From assembly GCA_034722055.1 (NCBI GenBank), contig JAYENL010000095.1, forward strand, positions 30,701 to 41,649: DNA of 10,949 bases, in the 5' to 3' direction. Source of the stretch: Armatimonadota bacterium. Its GTDB lineage: Bacteria > Armatimonadota > Zipacnadia > Zipacnadales > UBA5352. Shown here one piece after another: positions 1-8,032 of the stretch. The notes below the pieces were generated by a model. The model did not search any database. It worked only from the letters and a program-made list of their open reading frames with translations, and was not told where the DNA came from. The first letter of the stretch is position 1. Each line of letters starts with the position of its first letter. Made by a program: the position numbers and the translations under genes.

Positions 1-86
1 GGGAACAGGATGGCTGCCAGGATCGCGATGATCGCGATCACGACCAGCAGTTCGATGAGGGTGAAGCCACGCCTGTCGGTAAACAT
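1..86 (-). CDS. Prepilin-type N-terminal cleavage/methylation domain protein (probably DUF1559-type pilin-like protein); only the 5' end is visible, truncated by the window edge
   Basis: Manual translation from the ATG at 86: MFTDRRG|FTLIELLVVIAIIAILAAILFP. This is a canonical class III signal peptide (G|F cleavage, Glu at +5, hydrophobic helix). SD AGGAGG(G) at 93-99. Not in the ORF track because the stop is outside the window. The DUF1559 label is inferred from the N-terminus only. Confidence 0.93.
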   Translation of the reverse strand, partial: MFTDRRGFTLIELLVVIAIIAILAAILF

Positions 87-89
87 AAT

Positions 90-256
90 CGTCCCTCCTG
101 CTTGCTGGCGCAGGGGGGGACGTGATACAATCGCTACAGGCGGCGTGGCGATTGCCACGTCCCCGGCCCGTAGCGCGTTGCCGCGCGCTGCGGGCCTTTG
201 TATTGCGCCGCTGTCTGACCTGGGGGCCTCTGAAACGGACAGGCGCCTCAGGACAG
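90..256 (-). promoter_or_regulatory. Structured 5' leader of the prepilin gene; candidate cis-regulatory RNA with anti-SD hairpin
   Basis: Stems read directly: 116-124/156-164 (9 bp perfect, plus inner 128-134/148-154); 165-177/184-196 (13 bp, 1 mismatch or wobble); outer 107-112/204-209; 211-215/252-256. Alternative helices: 90-101/110-122 covering the SD, and 144-149/154-159. Confidence 0.5.
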
Positions 257-272
257 TGCTATATTGCCAGAT

Positions 273-299
273 ATTGCCCCCTCGGACAATAATTCCTTC
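273..299 (-). promoter_or_regulatory. Putative sigmaH-like promoter for the prepilin gene
   Basis: Minus strand reads GAAGGAATT-N11-GGG-CAAT, resembling the Bacillus sigmaH consensus RNAGGAWWW-N11/12-RNNGAAT (C for G at the first -10 base). The same geometry occurs upstream of four other units in the window. Confidence 0.5.
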
Positions 300-302
300 G
301 CG

Positions 303-328
303 ATTCGCGCGTTAAATTCGTGCGTCAA
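303..328. repeat. 13-bp tandem direct repeat (ATTCGCGCGTTAA / ATTCGTGCGTCAA), candidate transcription factor site
   Basis: 303-315 vs 316-328, 11/13 identical, immediately upstream of the putative -35 element of the prepilin gene. Confidence 0.45.
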
Positions 329-374
329 TGTCCAACATTTGGAGCCAGGTTGGCGCCGCCGACCTAGACGCAAC

Positions 375-1232
375 TCACAGGTCTATGGGCATCAGCTCCT
401 CGCCGAGGATGACCTCTCCGTCGTAGACCTGTGCCATCTCGGCAAGAGCCTCGTCGCGCTCATTGACTAGCGACTGCGTGAGGTGCACGAGCACGAGACG
501 GTCCACGCCGGCGTCGCGAGCCACCTGGGCGGCGTCGAGGGTCCCGTAGATGCACGTCGCCAGGTCCGGGTGCAGGCGCTCCTGGCGCAGCGGCACGTTC
601 GCCACCAGCGTACCGACGTCCGCGGCAAGCTCCACGACCGGTGCGTGGGAGGACGTGTCGCCGGTGAAGCACACGCTCCCTCTCTCCCAGTCGAAGCGCC
701 AGGCCAGGGAGGTCAGCCAGGGATCCACGTGCTCGACCTCCGCGCAGGTGGCCGTCCACTCCACGGCCTCGACGGTGAGGCCCGGCCCGGCCTGATATGC
801 CTCAGGCTCCGGCTCCGGCCGGGGCAGCGATCCCCCGCGGTCGGTATGGCAGCGGTGGCTGGCGGGATGCTCGCTGCGGGCGCGGATGTCATCGGCGAAG
901 GCGCCCTCAGGGCCGAAGAGCTTCTCCGCCATCTCCATGGTGGGCGGCGGGCCCACGATCCGCAGCGGCGGCTCGCCTCCCGTGCAGTGATCCCAGCGAG
1001 TCAGCAGCAGTGCGGGGAGATCCACGGTGTGGTCCGAGTGGTGGTGGGTGAAAAAGAGCCACTCGACGTCGGTCGGCCGGAACCCGGCCCGCACCAGCTT
1101 GAGCGTGGCGGCCGGCCCGCAGTCGATCATGACCACGTCCTCACCAACCTCCAGCGCGAAGGCCGTGCCCCAGCGCTCGGGCATCGGTGAGGGCGTTCCC
1201 GCCCCCAGGATGTGCAGCGTCGGCATCGCCAT
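375..1232 (-). CDS. MBL-fold metallo-hydrolase, RNase Z/ElaC-AtsA-like subgroup (285 aa)
   Basis: Motifs LHILGAGTP, MIDCG, FTHHHSDH (THxHxDH), VEH, FTGDT, LVLVHL. The start ATG at 1232-1230 overlaps the upstream TGA (TGATG). An alternative ATG lies at 1226. The ORF-track extension to 1682 overlaps the upstream gene and is not credible. Confidence 0.9.
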   Translation of the reverse strand: MAMPTLHILGAGTPSPMPERWGTAFALEVGEDVVMIDCGPAATLKLVRAGFRPTDVEWLFFTHHHSDHTVDLPALLLTRWDHCTGGEPPLRIVGPPPTMEMAEKLFGPEGAFADDIRARSEHPASHRCHTDRGGSLPRPEPEPEAYQAGPGLTVEAVEWTATCAEVEHVDPWLTSLAWRFDWERGSVCFTGDTSSHAPVVELAADVGTLVANVPLRQERLHPDLATCIYGTLDAAQVARDAGVDRLVLVHLTQSLVNERDEALAEMAQVYDGEVILGEELMPIDL

Positions 1233-3214
1233 CAGTCCTCGTCCGTGACGTCGCCCTGAAGCTGGATGCCCTTGGGCTTGACGGTGGGCCGCTGGGCGAT
1301 CCGCCGGGCGGTGGGCGTGATGCTCCGCTCGGGGCGCACAGCGTGCTCCCCCTCCAGGAACTCGTGCAGCACCCGGCCCTCGTTCTGGGCCGGGACGTCC
1401 AGGCCCAGCAGGTGAGCGAGCGTCGGCGCGACGTCGGTGGTGCAGATGCGGAACTGCTCGTCGCGGGGAGCCGGCTCCTGCGGGCGGATGCCCGCCCCGC
1501 CCAGGACCATGGCGCCCATGACGGACGTGGTCTCGGTCTCGTAGGTGGGGATCATTGGCCCGTGGTTGCCGCCACCGCGGGGGAACACCACGCGCTTTTC
1601 GTCCATGCGCAGCACCTCGGGCCCCGACCATGTGTATCCGCCGGCGTAGACGAAGCAGACGTCCCCGATGTACTCGCCCCACAGGCCGACCATTGGGGCA
1701 TCCTCGCGCGGCAGGACGATGGGCAGCACGTGCTCGCCGGTCTCCGGGTCTGTGACCGCGCGCATCTTGGCGATGACGCGCCGCCGCAGGTCATCGTACT
1801 CCTCCGGCGGGACGATCCCGCCTTCATCGCGCCCCTGGAGGTTGATCCACAGGTGGTTCTGTCTGAAGCACACCTTGCTGCGCCTCCAGTCGATGCCCTG
1901 GCCGTCCTCGGTGGTCTGCAGCCAGCCCTCTTCGAGGAAGAGGTTGACCAGCGACACGGCCTTCATGTTCGCCGGCATGCCGTGGTCGGAGGCGACGCAG
2001 AAGACGGTCTCCCCATCGTCAAAGAGGTCCAGGAAGCGGCCCAGGAGTCGGTCGGCGGCGCGGTAGTAGCCCCGGATGATCTGCCAGCCCTCGTCGGCGC
2101 GCTCGGGATCGTAGCCCGTCCCGGTGGGATCGACGCGCTGCACGAACTGGTGGCCCATGGCGTCCAGGATATGCCAGTGCAGGTAGAGCAGACCGGCGTC
2201 GGTCTCCTGCATGGCGGTCTGCACGGCCCGCGGCCACCACTCGGCCTCATCGGCCATGAGCTGATCGACGGTCTCGAAGTCCAGCCAGCCCTTCCGGTGC
2301 AGGTCGCAGCTCATCCCCGCGTGGACGTAGGGCCCAAGCTCCTCGACTACCCGGCGACCGAGGTCGGGGTCGGAGCAGAAGCGCCCGTCGGTGGGGAAAA
2401 CGTCGCTGCGGTAGATCTGCACGCGGGAGCCGTCGGGGGCCAGCTCCAGGAGCTTGAAGCGGAAGGCCCCCTCCACCTCGCCCATCTCGTCGGTGCTGAA
2501 CTGCGCGTGGACCCACTCGCCCCACTGCCCGACACGCAGCGTCGCCACCGGGCAGCCGGCGTCGCGGTCGGGGGAGATCAGCAGCGTGTCGTATTCCTCG
2601 TCGCCGAAGAGCAGAGCGTGGTAGGTCGGCCCAAGCCCCTCGGTGGCGGTGTGGACCTCCAGCACGGCGGCCAGGGGCTGCACGCCCGAGTCCGGCGGGT
2701 TCTCCCAGCTCTGTGCGGGCGCCAGCTCGATGGGGTCGGTGGTGTTCAGCTCCGGGCAGTTGTGGTAGTTGGTGGGCGGAGCGATGTCGAAGTAGGACCG
2801 GGCCGGCTTGAAGAGCCACTCGATGTGAGTCACTGCCTCCGGCCGCGTGGGCGGATAGCCGGCGTAGTTGAAGACCACGCTTCGGACGTCGTTGCGTGCC
2901 GCCGTCTCCCACAGGTACTCCGCCTGGCAGAAGCCGGCGTTGAAGCCCTCGTCGGTGTGCGAGACGGCGTGCGCCTCGCCGGGGATGCGCGACCCCCACT
3001 GGATGATGGCGTGGGTTCCGGGCGTGGCGCCGGTCGCCAGCGTCGTCCAGTTCGTGGGCGTCTGCGCCGGGATGACGGGGCGGATGCGCGTGAAGACGCC
3101 GCGCTCGAGCAGCCGGTCGAAGTTGGGCAGGACGCCCTCCGCGCGGAACCGCTCCACCATGTTGGGCACCAGGGCGTCGAAGCCGAGAAACAGCGCGCGT
3201 GAGGCCTGGGCCAT
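1232..3214 (-). CDS. Alkaline phosphatase superfamily protein, type I phosphodiesterase/nucleotide pyrophosphatase-like (660 aa)
   Basis: Motifs LFLGFDAL (metal Asp), PAQTPTNWTTLATGATPGTH (Thr nucleophile region), ILDAMGH, ASDHGM, GNHG and C-terminal DVAPTLAHLLG. ATG at 3214 has an AGGAG SD. The ORF track start at 3235 lacks an SD. Confidence 0.9.
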   Translation of the reverse strand: MAQASRALFLGFDALVPNMVERFRAEGVLPNFDRLLERGVFTRIRPVIPAQTPTNWTTLATGATPGTHAIIQWGSRIPGEAHAVSHTDEGFNAGFCQAEYLWETAARNDVRSVVFNYAGYPPTRPEAVTHIEWLFKPARSYFDIAPPTNYHNCPELNTTDPIELAPAQSWENPPDSGVQPLAAVLEVHTATEGLGPTYHALLFGDEEYDTLLISPDRDAGCPVATLRVGQWGEWVHAQFSTDEMGEVEGAFRFKLLELAPDGSRVQIYRSDVFPTDGRFCSDPDLGRRVVEELGPYVHAGMSCDLHRKGWLDFETVDQLMADEAEWWPRAVQTAMQETDAGLLYLHWHILDAMGHQFVQRVDPTGTGYDPERADEGWQIIRGYYRAADRLLGRFLDLFDDGETVFCVASDHGMPANMKAVSLVNLFLEEGWLQTTEDGQGIDWRRSKVCFRQNHLWINLQGRDEGGIVPPEEYDDLRRRVIAKMRAVTDPETGEHVLPIVLPREDAPMVGLWGEYIGDVCFVYAGGYTWSGPEVLRMDEKRVVFPRGGGNHGPMIPTYETETTSVMGAMVLGGAGIRPQEPAPRDEQFRICTTDVAPTLAHLLGLDVPAQNEGRVLHEFLEGEHAVRPERSITPTARRIAQRPTVKPKGIQLQGDVTDED

Positions 3215-3261
3215 GCCGATCACTCCTGCAGTCATATCTGCCTCGAAACGATCGGCCTACT

Positions 3262-3289
3262 ATTGCCCGGTGACCGGGCGCCCTCCTTC
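3262..3289 (-). promoter_or_regulatory. Putative sigmaH-like promoter for the phosphodiesterase-MBL operon
   Basis: Minus strand GAAGGAGGG...GGGCAATAG. The A of AGG (3287) and the C of CAAT (3265) are 22 nt apart. Confidence 0.4.
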
Positions 3290-3292
3290 ATC

Positions 3293-3320
3293 GCAGGCCC
3301 CCGGGCGCCGGGCGAGGAAT
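3293..3320 (+). promoter_or_regulatory. Putative sigmaH-like promoter for the exported-protein operon
   Basis: GCAGG (3293-3297) ... GAAT (3317-3320). AGG to GAAT spacing is 22 nt, about 30 nt before the start codon. Confidence 0.45.
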
Positions 3321-3352
3321 GACCCGACAGACCGCATCGGGAGGAATGCACG

Positions 3353-5677
3353 ATGAGCCGCCTGTGGCCTGCGTTGATGGTCGTCCTGGTCGCCGCCGCG
3401 AGCTGTGGCGCCCAGCCGGTGTTCCGCGCTGACTTCGAGAGCGAAGGCGAGGCGCCGTCCGGCTGGCGGTTCGCCCAGGTCCGCGGGGAGTGCTCGGGGG
3501 CCTGGGATCACTCCGAGCCGGCCGGCGGCAGCTCTATCCGCTGCGACATTCCGGAGGATGCCTCCGCACGCGCAAGCTGGATCTGCACCAAGCGCATCGA
3601 GCTGCAGCCGGACACGGCGTATCGGCTGCGGCTGCGCGTGATGCTCGGAGACATCTCCGAGGGCGCGAAGGGCGCCTACGTCATCCTCTACGAGGATGGC
3701 GTTGAGGCGCCGGATCACTGGCACATGACGCCCTTCATGCGGGACAGCCAGGACTGGCACGATCGGGAGCTGACCTTCGTCACCCGCCCGGACACCACGT
3801 GGGCGAGGCTGCAGTGCAAGCTGTGGGAGTGCACCGGCCACGCCTGGTTCGATGACATCGTCATCGAGCGGATCCCGCGAGAGGAGGCCCAGGCGGAGCC
3901 GTCGGCGCTCCTGCACCTGCCCCAGGACGACGGGTGGCCGCTGCAGCTCATTGTCTACCCCGCACAGCGCCGCGTGGACCGCACCGTGTGCCTGCTTCGC
4001 GGCAGGCTCAACCCCATGGCGGTCTTCTTCTACGGCCGGTCCGACGAGGTCGCTGACCCGCACCTGATCGTCGAGGCGCCGGAGGAGGTAACGCTACGGG
4101 GCCCGGTGGTCTGCGGCCGGCAGCCGCCGCCGGAGCCGGTCGATCTCGAGCCCGAGGCGGTGGAGCGCGACGGCGGGACTTTCCTGCGCTGGCGGCTGCC
4201 CATCCCGCAGGACACGCTCGTGCGGGGGCTGTCGCCCGAGGGCCCGCGCTGGAGTCGCTATCACTTCATCTACGCCCGGCCCGGGCCGGGCTGCCCGGAC
4301 GAGTTCACCTGGCGCTGGCGCATCGAGAACGCCGGAGAGCCGGGCCCCGAGCACTCCATGTCGGCGCGGGCCGTCGAGAACCTGGGGCCGAACCTCGGGC
4401 CCATCGAGGGCTTCGACCTTTACGCCCAGCACTCCAGCGCCCTGCGGCTGCCTACCGCCGAGGGGCGCCAGGAGGTGCTGGACTACCTCCACTACGCCGG
4501 CATCCGGGGAGGGCTGGCGTTGAGCTACTACCAGCCGGAGCTGCTGCCCATCGACGAAGAGCTGGGCGAGAGGGGCTGGTTCACCTGGTCGTGGGCGTGG
4601 TACGGCTATGGCGGGCCGACGGAGGAGGGGCAGGAGATCGTCTTCGACCGCGAGGATGCGCGCAGGCGCGGCGACGTCTGCCCGCAGGTGCAGGTGGAGA
4701 TGCTCGAGCCCTACGCGCCCTGGCTGCGGGAGTTCTACGCCAAGCCGCTGGCGCTCGACCGTGACTGGATCATCATCAACTACGAGCCGCCGGTCTTCAA
4801 CGTCTGCTTCTGCGAGCGCTGCCGGCGGGCGTTCGCCGAGTTCGCGGGGTTGGAGGTCGCCGAGGTGCTGGGGATGACGCCGCAGGAGATTCAGGGGCTG
4901 CCCGACCACGCCTGGGGGCGCTTCCGCGCCTGGCAGAACGAGCGCATCATCGAGAACCACTGCGCGGTCATCCACGAGATCGACCCGGACATCCTGGTTG
5001 GCATCTGCGGCCCCGGGCGCACCGAGTGGACCGCCAATCGCGGCATGGACATCGCCCGCTTCGAGCCTGACGTGGGCCTGCACGCGCCCATGCTCTATCT
5101 CGACCCTGTACAGTACGAGTGGATCGTGCGCGAGACCTGTGAGGCGACCAGCGCTCCGGTGATACCCTTCATGCTCGGCTCCGACCTGGCGGTGAAGGGC
5201 GTCTTCCCGACCGCCTGGGACCAGCACACAAACATGCTGGCCACGGCGCTGTCGGGCGGCCGCGGTGCCATCCTGTGGGTGGGCATCGAGTCCCTGGACG
5301 GGGAGATCATGAACGCGCTGCGCCGGAGCATGGAGCAGATCCAGGTCCTGGAGCCCTACATCCTGGGCGCCGAGCGCGGCGCCGGCGCGACCATCGAGCC
5401 GGAGCTGCGCGAGACCCGGACCGTGACCGTCAACGGCCAGGAGATCCAGGTCTCGCCGGAGAACTCGCGCACGCCGGTCCGCTCCTGGCAGTGGCGCGGC
5501 GCGCAGGGCCGACTGATCGGGCTGATCAACTACGATCGCGAGCAGCCACACGCGGTGAGAATCTCGGCCGAGGGGATCGAGGGGGCGCGGGCCCTCTTCG
5601 GACCGGAGCCACAGAGGGCGAACGGCGCAGCCACGCTGGAGCTGGCGCCGGGGGAGTTCGCGGCCGTGGCATGGTGA
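3353..5677 (+). CDS. Exported protein with N-terminal carbohydrate-binding-like (CBM4/9-like) domain and GH42-like glycoside hydrolase TIM barrel (774 aa)
   Basis: SD GGGAGG. Signal peptide MSRLWPALMVVLVAAASCGA. CBM-like pattern DFE...GW...LQPDTAYRL...DW...TF.T...GHAWFDDIVIE. GH42-like segment VCP...INYEP...CFCERCRRAF...WGRFR...IHEIDPD. Function is inferred. Confidence 0.8.
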   Translation: MSRLWPALMVVLVAAASCGAQPVFRADFESEGEAPSGWRFAQVRGECSGAWDHSEPAGGSSIRCDIPEDASARASWICTKRIELQPDTAYRLRLRVMLGDISEGAKGAYVILYEDGVEAPDHWHMTPFMRDSQDWHDRELTFVTRPDTTWARLQCKLWECTGHAWFDDIVIERIPREEAQAEPSALLHLPQDDGWPLQLIVYPAQRRVDRTVCLLRGRLNPMAVFFYGRSDEVADPHLIVEAPEEVTLRGPVVCGRQPPPEPVDLEPEAVERDGGTFLRWRLPIPQDTLVRGLSPEGPRWSRYHFIYARPGPGCPDEFTWRWRIENAGEPGPEHSMSARAVENLGPNLGPIEGFDLYAQHSSALRLPTAEGRQEVLDYLHYAGIRGGLALSYYQPELLPIDEELGERGWFTWSWAWYGYGGPTEEGQEIVFDREDARRRGDVCPQVQVEMLEPYAPWLREFYAKPLALDRDWIIINYEPPVFNVCFCERCRRAFAEFAGLEVAEVLGMTPQEIQGLPDHAWGRFRAWQNERIIENHCAVIHEIDPDILVGICGPGRTEWTANRGMDIARFEPDVGLHAPMLYLDPVQYEWIVRETCEATSAPVIPFMLGSDLAVKGVFPTAWDQHTNMLATALSGGRGAILWVGIESLDGEIMNALRRSMEQIQVLEPYILGAERGAGATIEPELRETRTVTVNGQEIQVSPENSRTPVRSWQWRGAQGRLIGLINYDREQPHAVRISAEGIEGARALFGPEPQRANGAATLELAPGEFAAVAW

Positions 5678-5706
5678 GCGATTCACAGACGAGGAGGCAT
5701 CGAGCA

Positions 5707-8013
5707 ATGCAGACGCCGATGGTCACGATGATCTGCTGCGCGGCGGCCATGGTGGCCGCCGCGCCGGACGCGGCTGAGCTGGTGATCGCCGAGGAGGGGC
5801 GCACGGACTACACCATCGTCCTGCCGGACGAGCCCTCGCCCGAGGAGCAGCATGCGGCGGAGGAGCTGGCGCATTACCTGGCGGAGGCCACGGGCGCGGA
5901 CCTCCCGGTGGTCTCACACAGTGAGGCGCCGGCGGCCAGGCGAGTCCTCGTGGGAGATAGTGCGCTGACCCGGCAGGTCGTCGGCGAGGCAGCGATCGGT
6001 GACCTCGAGGGCGACGCCTTCCTCGTTCGGACGCTCGGCGATGATCTCGTCATGGTCGGCGCGCCGCCGCGCGGGACGCTCTATGCGGCCTACTCGTTCC
6101 TGGAGCGCGAGGTGGGCTGCCGGTGGTTCAACTGGTACGGGGAGGAGCACGTCCCGGAGGTTGAGCGGCTGGTCGTGCCGGACGTGGACCGGCGAGAGAC
6201 TCCCGCCTTCGTGGCGCGCGACATCTACTTCCTCAAGTACGGCTTCCCCGACCAGATGCGCGACTTCCTGGTGCGCAGCCGGGTCACGGGACCCGCGACG
6301 GGCGGGCTTCTGGGCCAGGAGGGCTACGGCGGCTCGGTGCACAGGCAGATCTCGCCGGGGGTGCATACGCTCTTTCACTACGTGCCGCCGGAGGAGCACT
6401 TCGACGAGCACCCGGAGTACTTCGGCTACACCAACGGCCGCCGGCAGCAGCGGCAGTTGTGCTTCACCAACCCGGAGCTGCGGCGAACGCTGACAGCCGC
6501 CGTGGTGCGCAAGATCGAGCAGGTGGGCGGCGTCGGCAACCTGTCGGTCTCCGCCCAGGATACCGGCGGCCCGTTCTGCGACTGCCCGCAGTGCACCGCC
6601 CTGGTGAGGGCTGAGGAGGCCACGGGCGCGCCGCTGTACGACTACATCAAACAGCTCGCCGACACCGTGCGCGATGACTGGCCGGACATCTACATCACCA
6701 CGCTGGCGTATCGTCACAACCAGTCGGAGACGCCGCCGAAGTCCATGCACATGCCCGGGAACGTCATCATCATCTTCGCGCCCATCGACGGCAACTTCGC
6801 CGCCGCGCTGGAGCACCCGTCCAACGCCCGCACCCTCGCGGACATCACGGCCTGGCCGGACCACGCCGAGCACCTGTGGGTCTGGTACTACTCGAACCCC
6901 TATGGCAGGGGGGCCGGCTTCCCGATCGGCAACCTCGGCCGACTGGCTCAGGATATGCGCCTGTTCGAGCGCGTCGGCGTGGAGGGCTTCTTCATCGAGC
7001 ACGACACCGGCATCCCTCAGATGCACCTGCTGGCCGACCTGCAGACGTGGCTGCTGGCGAAGCTGCTGTGGGCGCCCCACCGGGACGTGGACGCCCTCAT
7101 CGCCGACTTCACCGATCACTACTACGGCCCGGCGGCGCCCATGATCCGAGACTACGTCGAGCGGCTGGAGAGCGCCACCTCCGCCATGTCCACGGGCATG
7201 ACCTGGAACGCCAGCCCCGGGCAGTACCGCTACCTGACTCCAGACCTGCTGATCGAGTGCCAGCGGCTCTTCGACGCCGCGGAGGAGGCCGTCGCCGGGG
7301 ACCAGACGCTGCTGCACCGCGTGCGCATCGCCCGGATGAGTGTCGATCGAGCGACGCTGTTCTTCTGGAGCGATGTCGCCGCGGAGGATGCGCACGGGCT
7401 GAGCCAGGCGGAGCTTGCCCAGCGCTACCGCGAGACCTTCGACAGGGCGCTTGAAGAGCGCATCCGTCCGGAGTTCCACGACAGGCTGCGCCCGTGGGTC
7501 GCGGACCTGATCGACCTGGCCGCCAAGCTGACGGCGCCCAAGCCCCTGCCGCCGAAGCTTGAGGGCATCGACCCGCAACGCATCGTCCAGGTCAGCCCGA
7601 TGGTCGTCCAGCCCGGCCACGGCACCGGGCTTCGGGAGGATGCCCAGGCGGCCATGGGGATCTGCGCCACGCGCGAGACCGATGGCGAGCTGCCGCTGAA
7701 CCTGGGCGTCTACGACTGGATGGATCGAGAGACCGTGGCCCGGCGGGACATCGAGGGCGGGGAGATCACCTCACCGGGATACTCCCTCTACCGCATCGGC
7801 TCCGGCGCCCTGAGCCAACACTGCGGCGTGTGGATCACCCGCTCCTGGCGGCTACAGGTGCCACTGGAGGGCGCCTACACGCCGGACGCGCCCGACCGGG
7901 AGTGGGAGATCTACGCCTCACTGCGCTTCGAGGGTCCGGCCTATCCCCATGGTGGCGAGGGCGAGCAGAACCGCGTGTTCCTGGATCGCATCGTCCTGGT
8001 TGCAGCGCAGTGA
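5707..8013 (+). CDS. Exported DUF4838 domain-containing protein (putative glycoside hydrolase-like, 768 aa)
   Basis: SD GAGGAGG at 5691-5697 before ATG 5707. Signal peptide. N-terminal GH20/GH67-type domain (EQHAAEELAHYL..ATGADLPV...RGTLYAAYSFLE.EVGCRW...P). DUF4838-type motifs HTLFHYVPP..HFDEHPEYF, QLCFTNPEL, FCDCPQC, TLAY and WLLAKLLW.P...DF...YYGPAA. Confidence 0.87.
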   Translation: MQTPMVTMICCAAAMVAAAPDAAELVIAEEGRTDYTIVLPDEPSPEEQHAAEELAHYLAEATGADLPVVSHSEAPAARRVLVGDSALTRQVVGEAAIGDLEGDAFLVRTLGDDLVMVGAPPRGTLYAAYSFLEREVGCRWFNWYGEEHVPEVERLVVPDVDRRETPAFVARDIYFLKYGFPDQMRDFLVRSRVTGPATGGLLGQEGYGGSVHRQISPGVHTLFHYVPPEEHFDEHPEYFGYTNGRRQQRQLCFTNPELRRTLTAAVVRKIEQVGGVGNLSVSAQDTGGPFCDCPQCTALVRAEEATGAPLYDYIKQLADTVRDDWPDIYITTLAYRHNQSETPPKSMHMPGNVIIIFAPIDGNFAAALEHPSNARTLADITAWPDHAEHLWVWYYSNPYGRGAGFPIGNLGRLAQDMRLFERVGVEGFFIEHDTGIPQMHLLADLQTWLLAKLLWAPHRDVDALIADFTDHYYGPAAPMIRDYVERLESATSAMSTGMTWNASPGQYRYLTPDLLIECQRLFDAAEEAVAGDQTLLHRVRIARMSVDRATLFFWSDVAAEDAHGLSQAELAQRYRETFDRALEERIRPEFHDRLRPWVADLIDLAAKLTAPKPLPPKLEGIDPQRIVQVSPMVVQPGHGTGLREDAQAAMGICATRETDGELPLNLGVYDWMDRETVARRDIEGGEITSPGYSLYRIGSGALSQHCGVWITRSWRLQVPLEGAYTPDAPDREWEIYASLRFEGPAYPHGGEGEQNRVFLDRIVLVAAQ

Positions 8014-8032
8014 CCCGCGGCCGCGGCACGGT

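Noticed and set aside
175..215. Possible c-di-GMP-I riboswitch in the pilin leader
   Set aside because: Only a CAAAG-like fragment resembles it; the GGCAAAC / GNRA P2 and tetraloop-receptor features are not evident.
10..315. 101-aa plus-strand ORF (MAARIAMIAITTSSSMRVKP...)
   Set aside because: The typical antisense reading of a prepilin N-terminus; the real gene is on the minus strand.
1233..1682. N-terminal 150-aa extension of the MBL ORF
   Set aside because: Arg/Gly/Pro-rich off-frame reading of the upstream gene; the TGATG overlap gives the natural start.
1187..3202. 671-aa plus-strand ORF antisense to the phosphodiesterase
   Set aside because: Shadow ORF from GC-rich codon bias. It has no recognisable motifs and mirrors a well-supported gene on the other strand.
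3353..3412. Lipoprotein signal (AASC) in the 774-aa protein
   Set aside because: The -3 residue is Ala rather than L/V/I, so signal peptidase I cleavage after CGA seems at least as likely; left as exported.
5275..5706. N-terminal extension of the DUF4838 ORF overlapping the upstream gene (possible frameshift fusion)
   Set aside because: Off-frame low-complexity translation. The downstream gene has its own SD and signal peptide at 5707, and no slippery site was seen.
4094..7620. Long minus-strand ORFs 4094-5707 and 5914-7620
   Set aside because: Antisense shadows of the two exported-protein genes, with no domain signatures.
8015..8026. 12-bp perfect palindrome CCGCGGCCGCGG between convergent genes
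   Set aside because: All G/C with no T-tract, plausible by chance at this GC content; not called a terminator.
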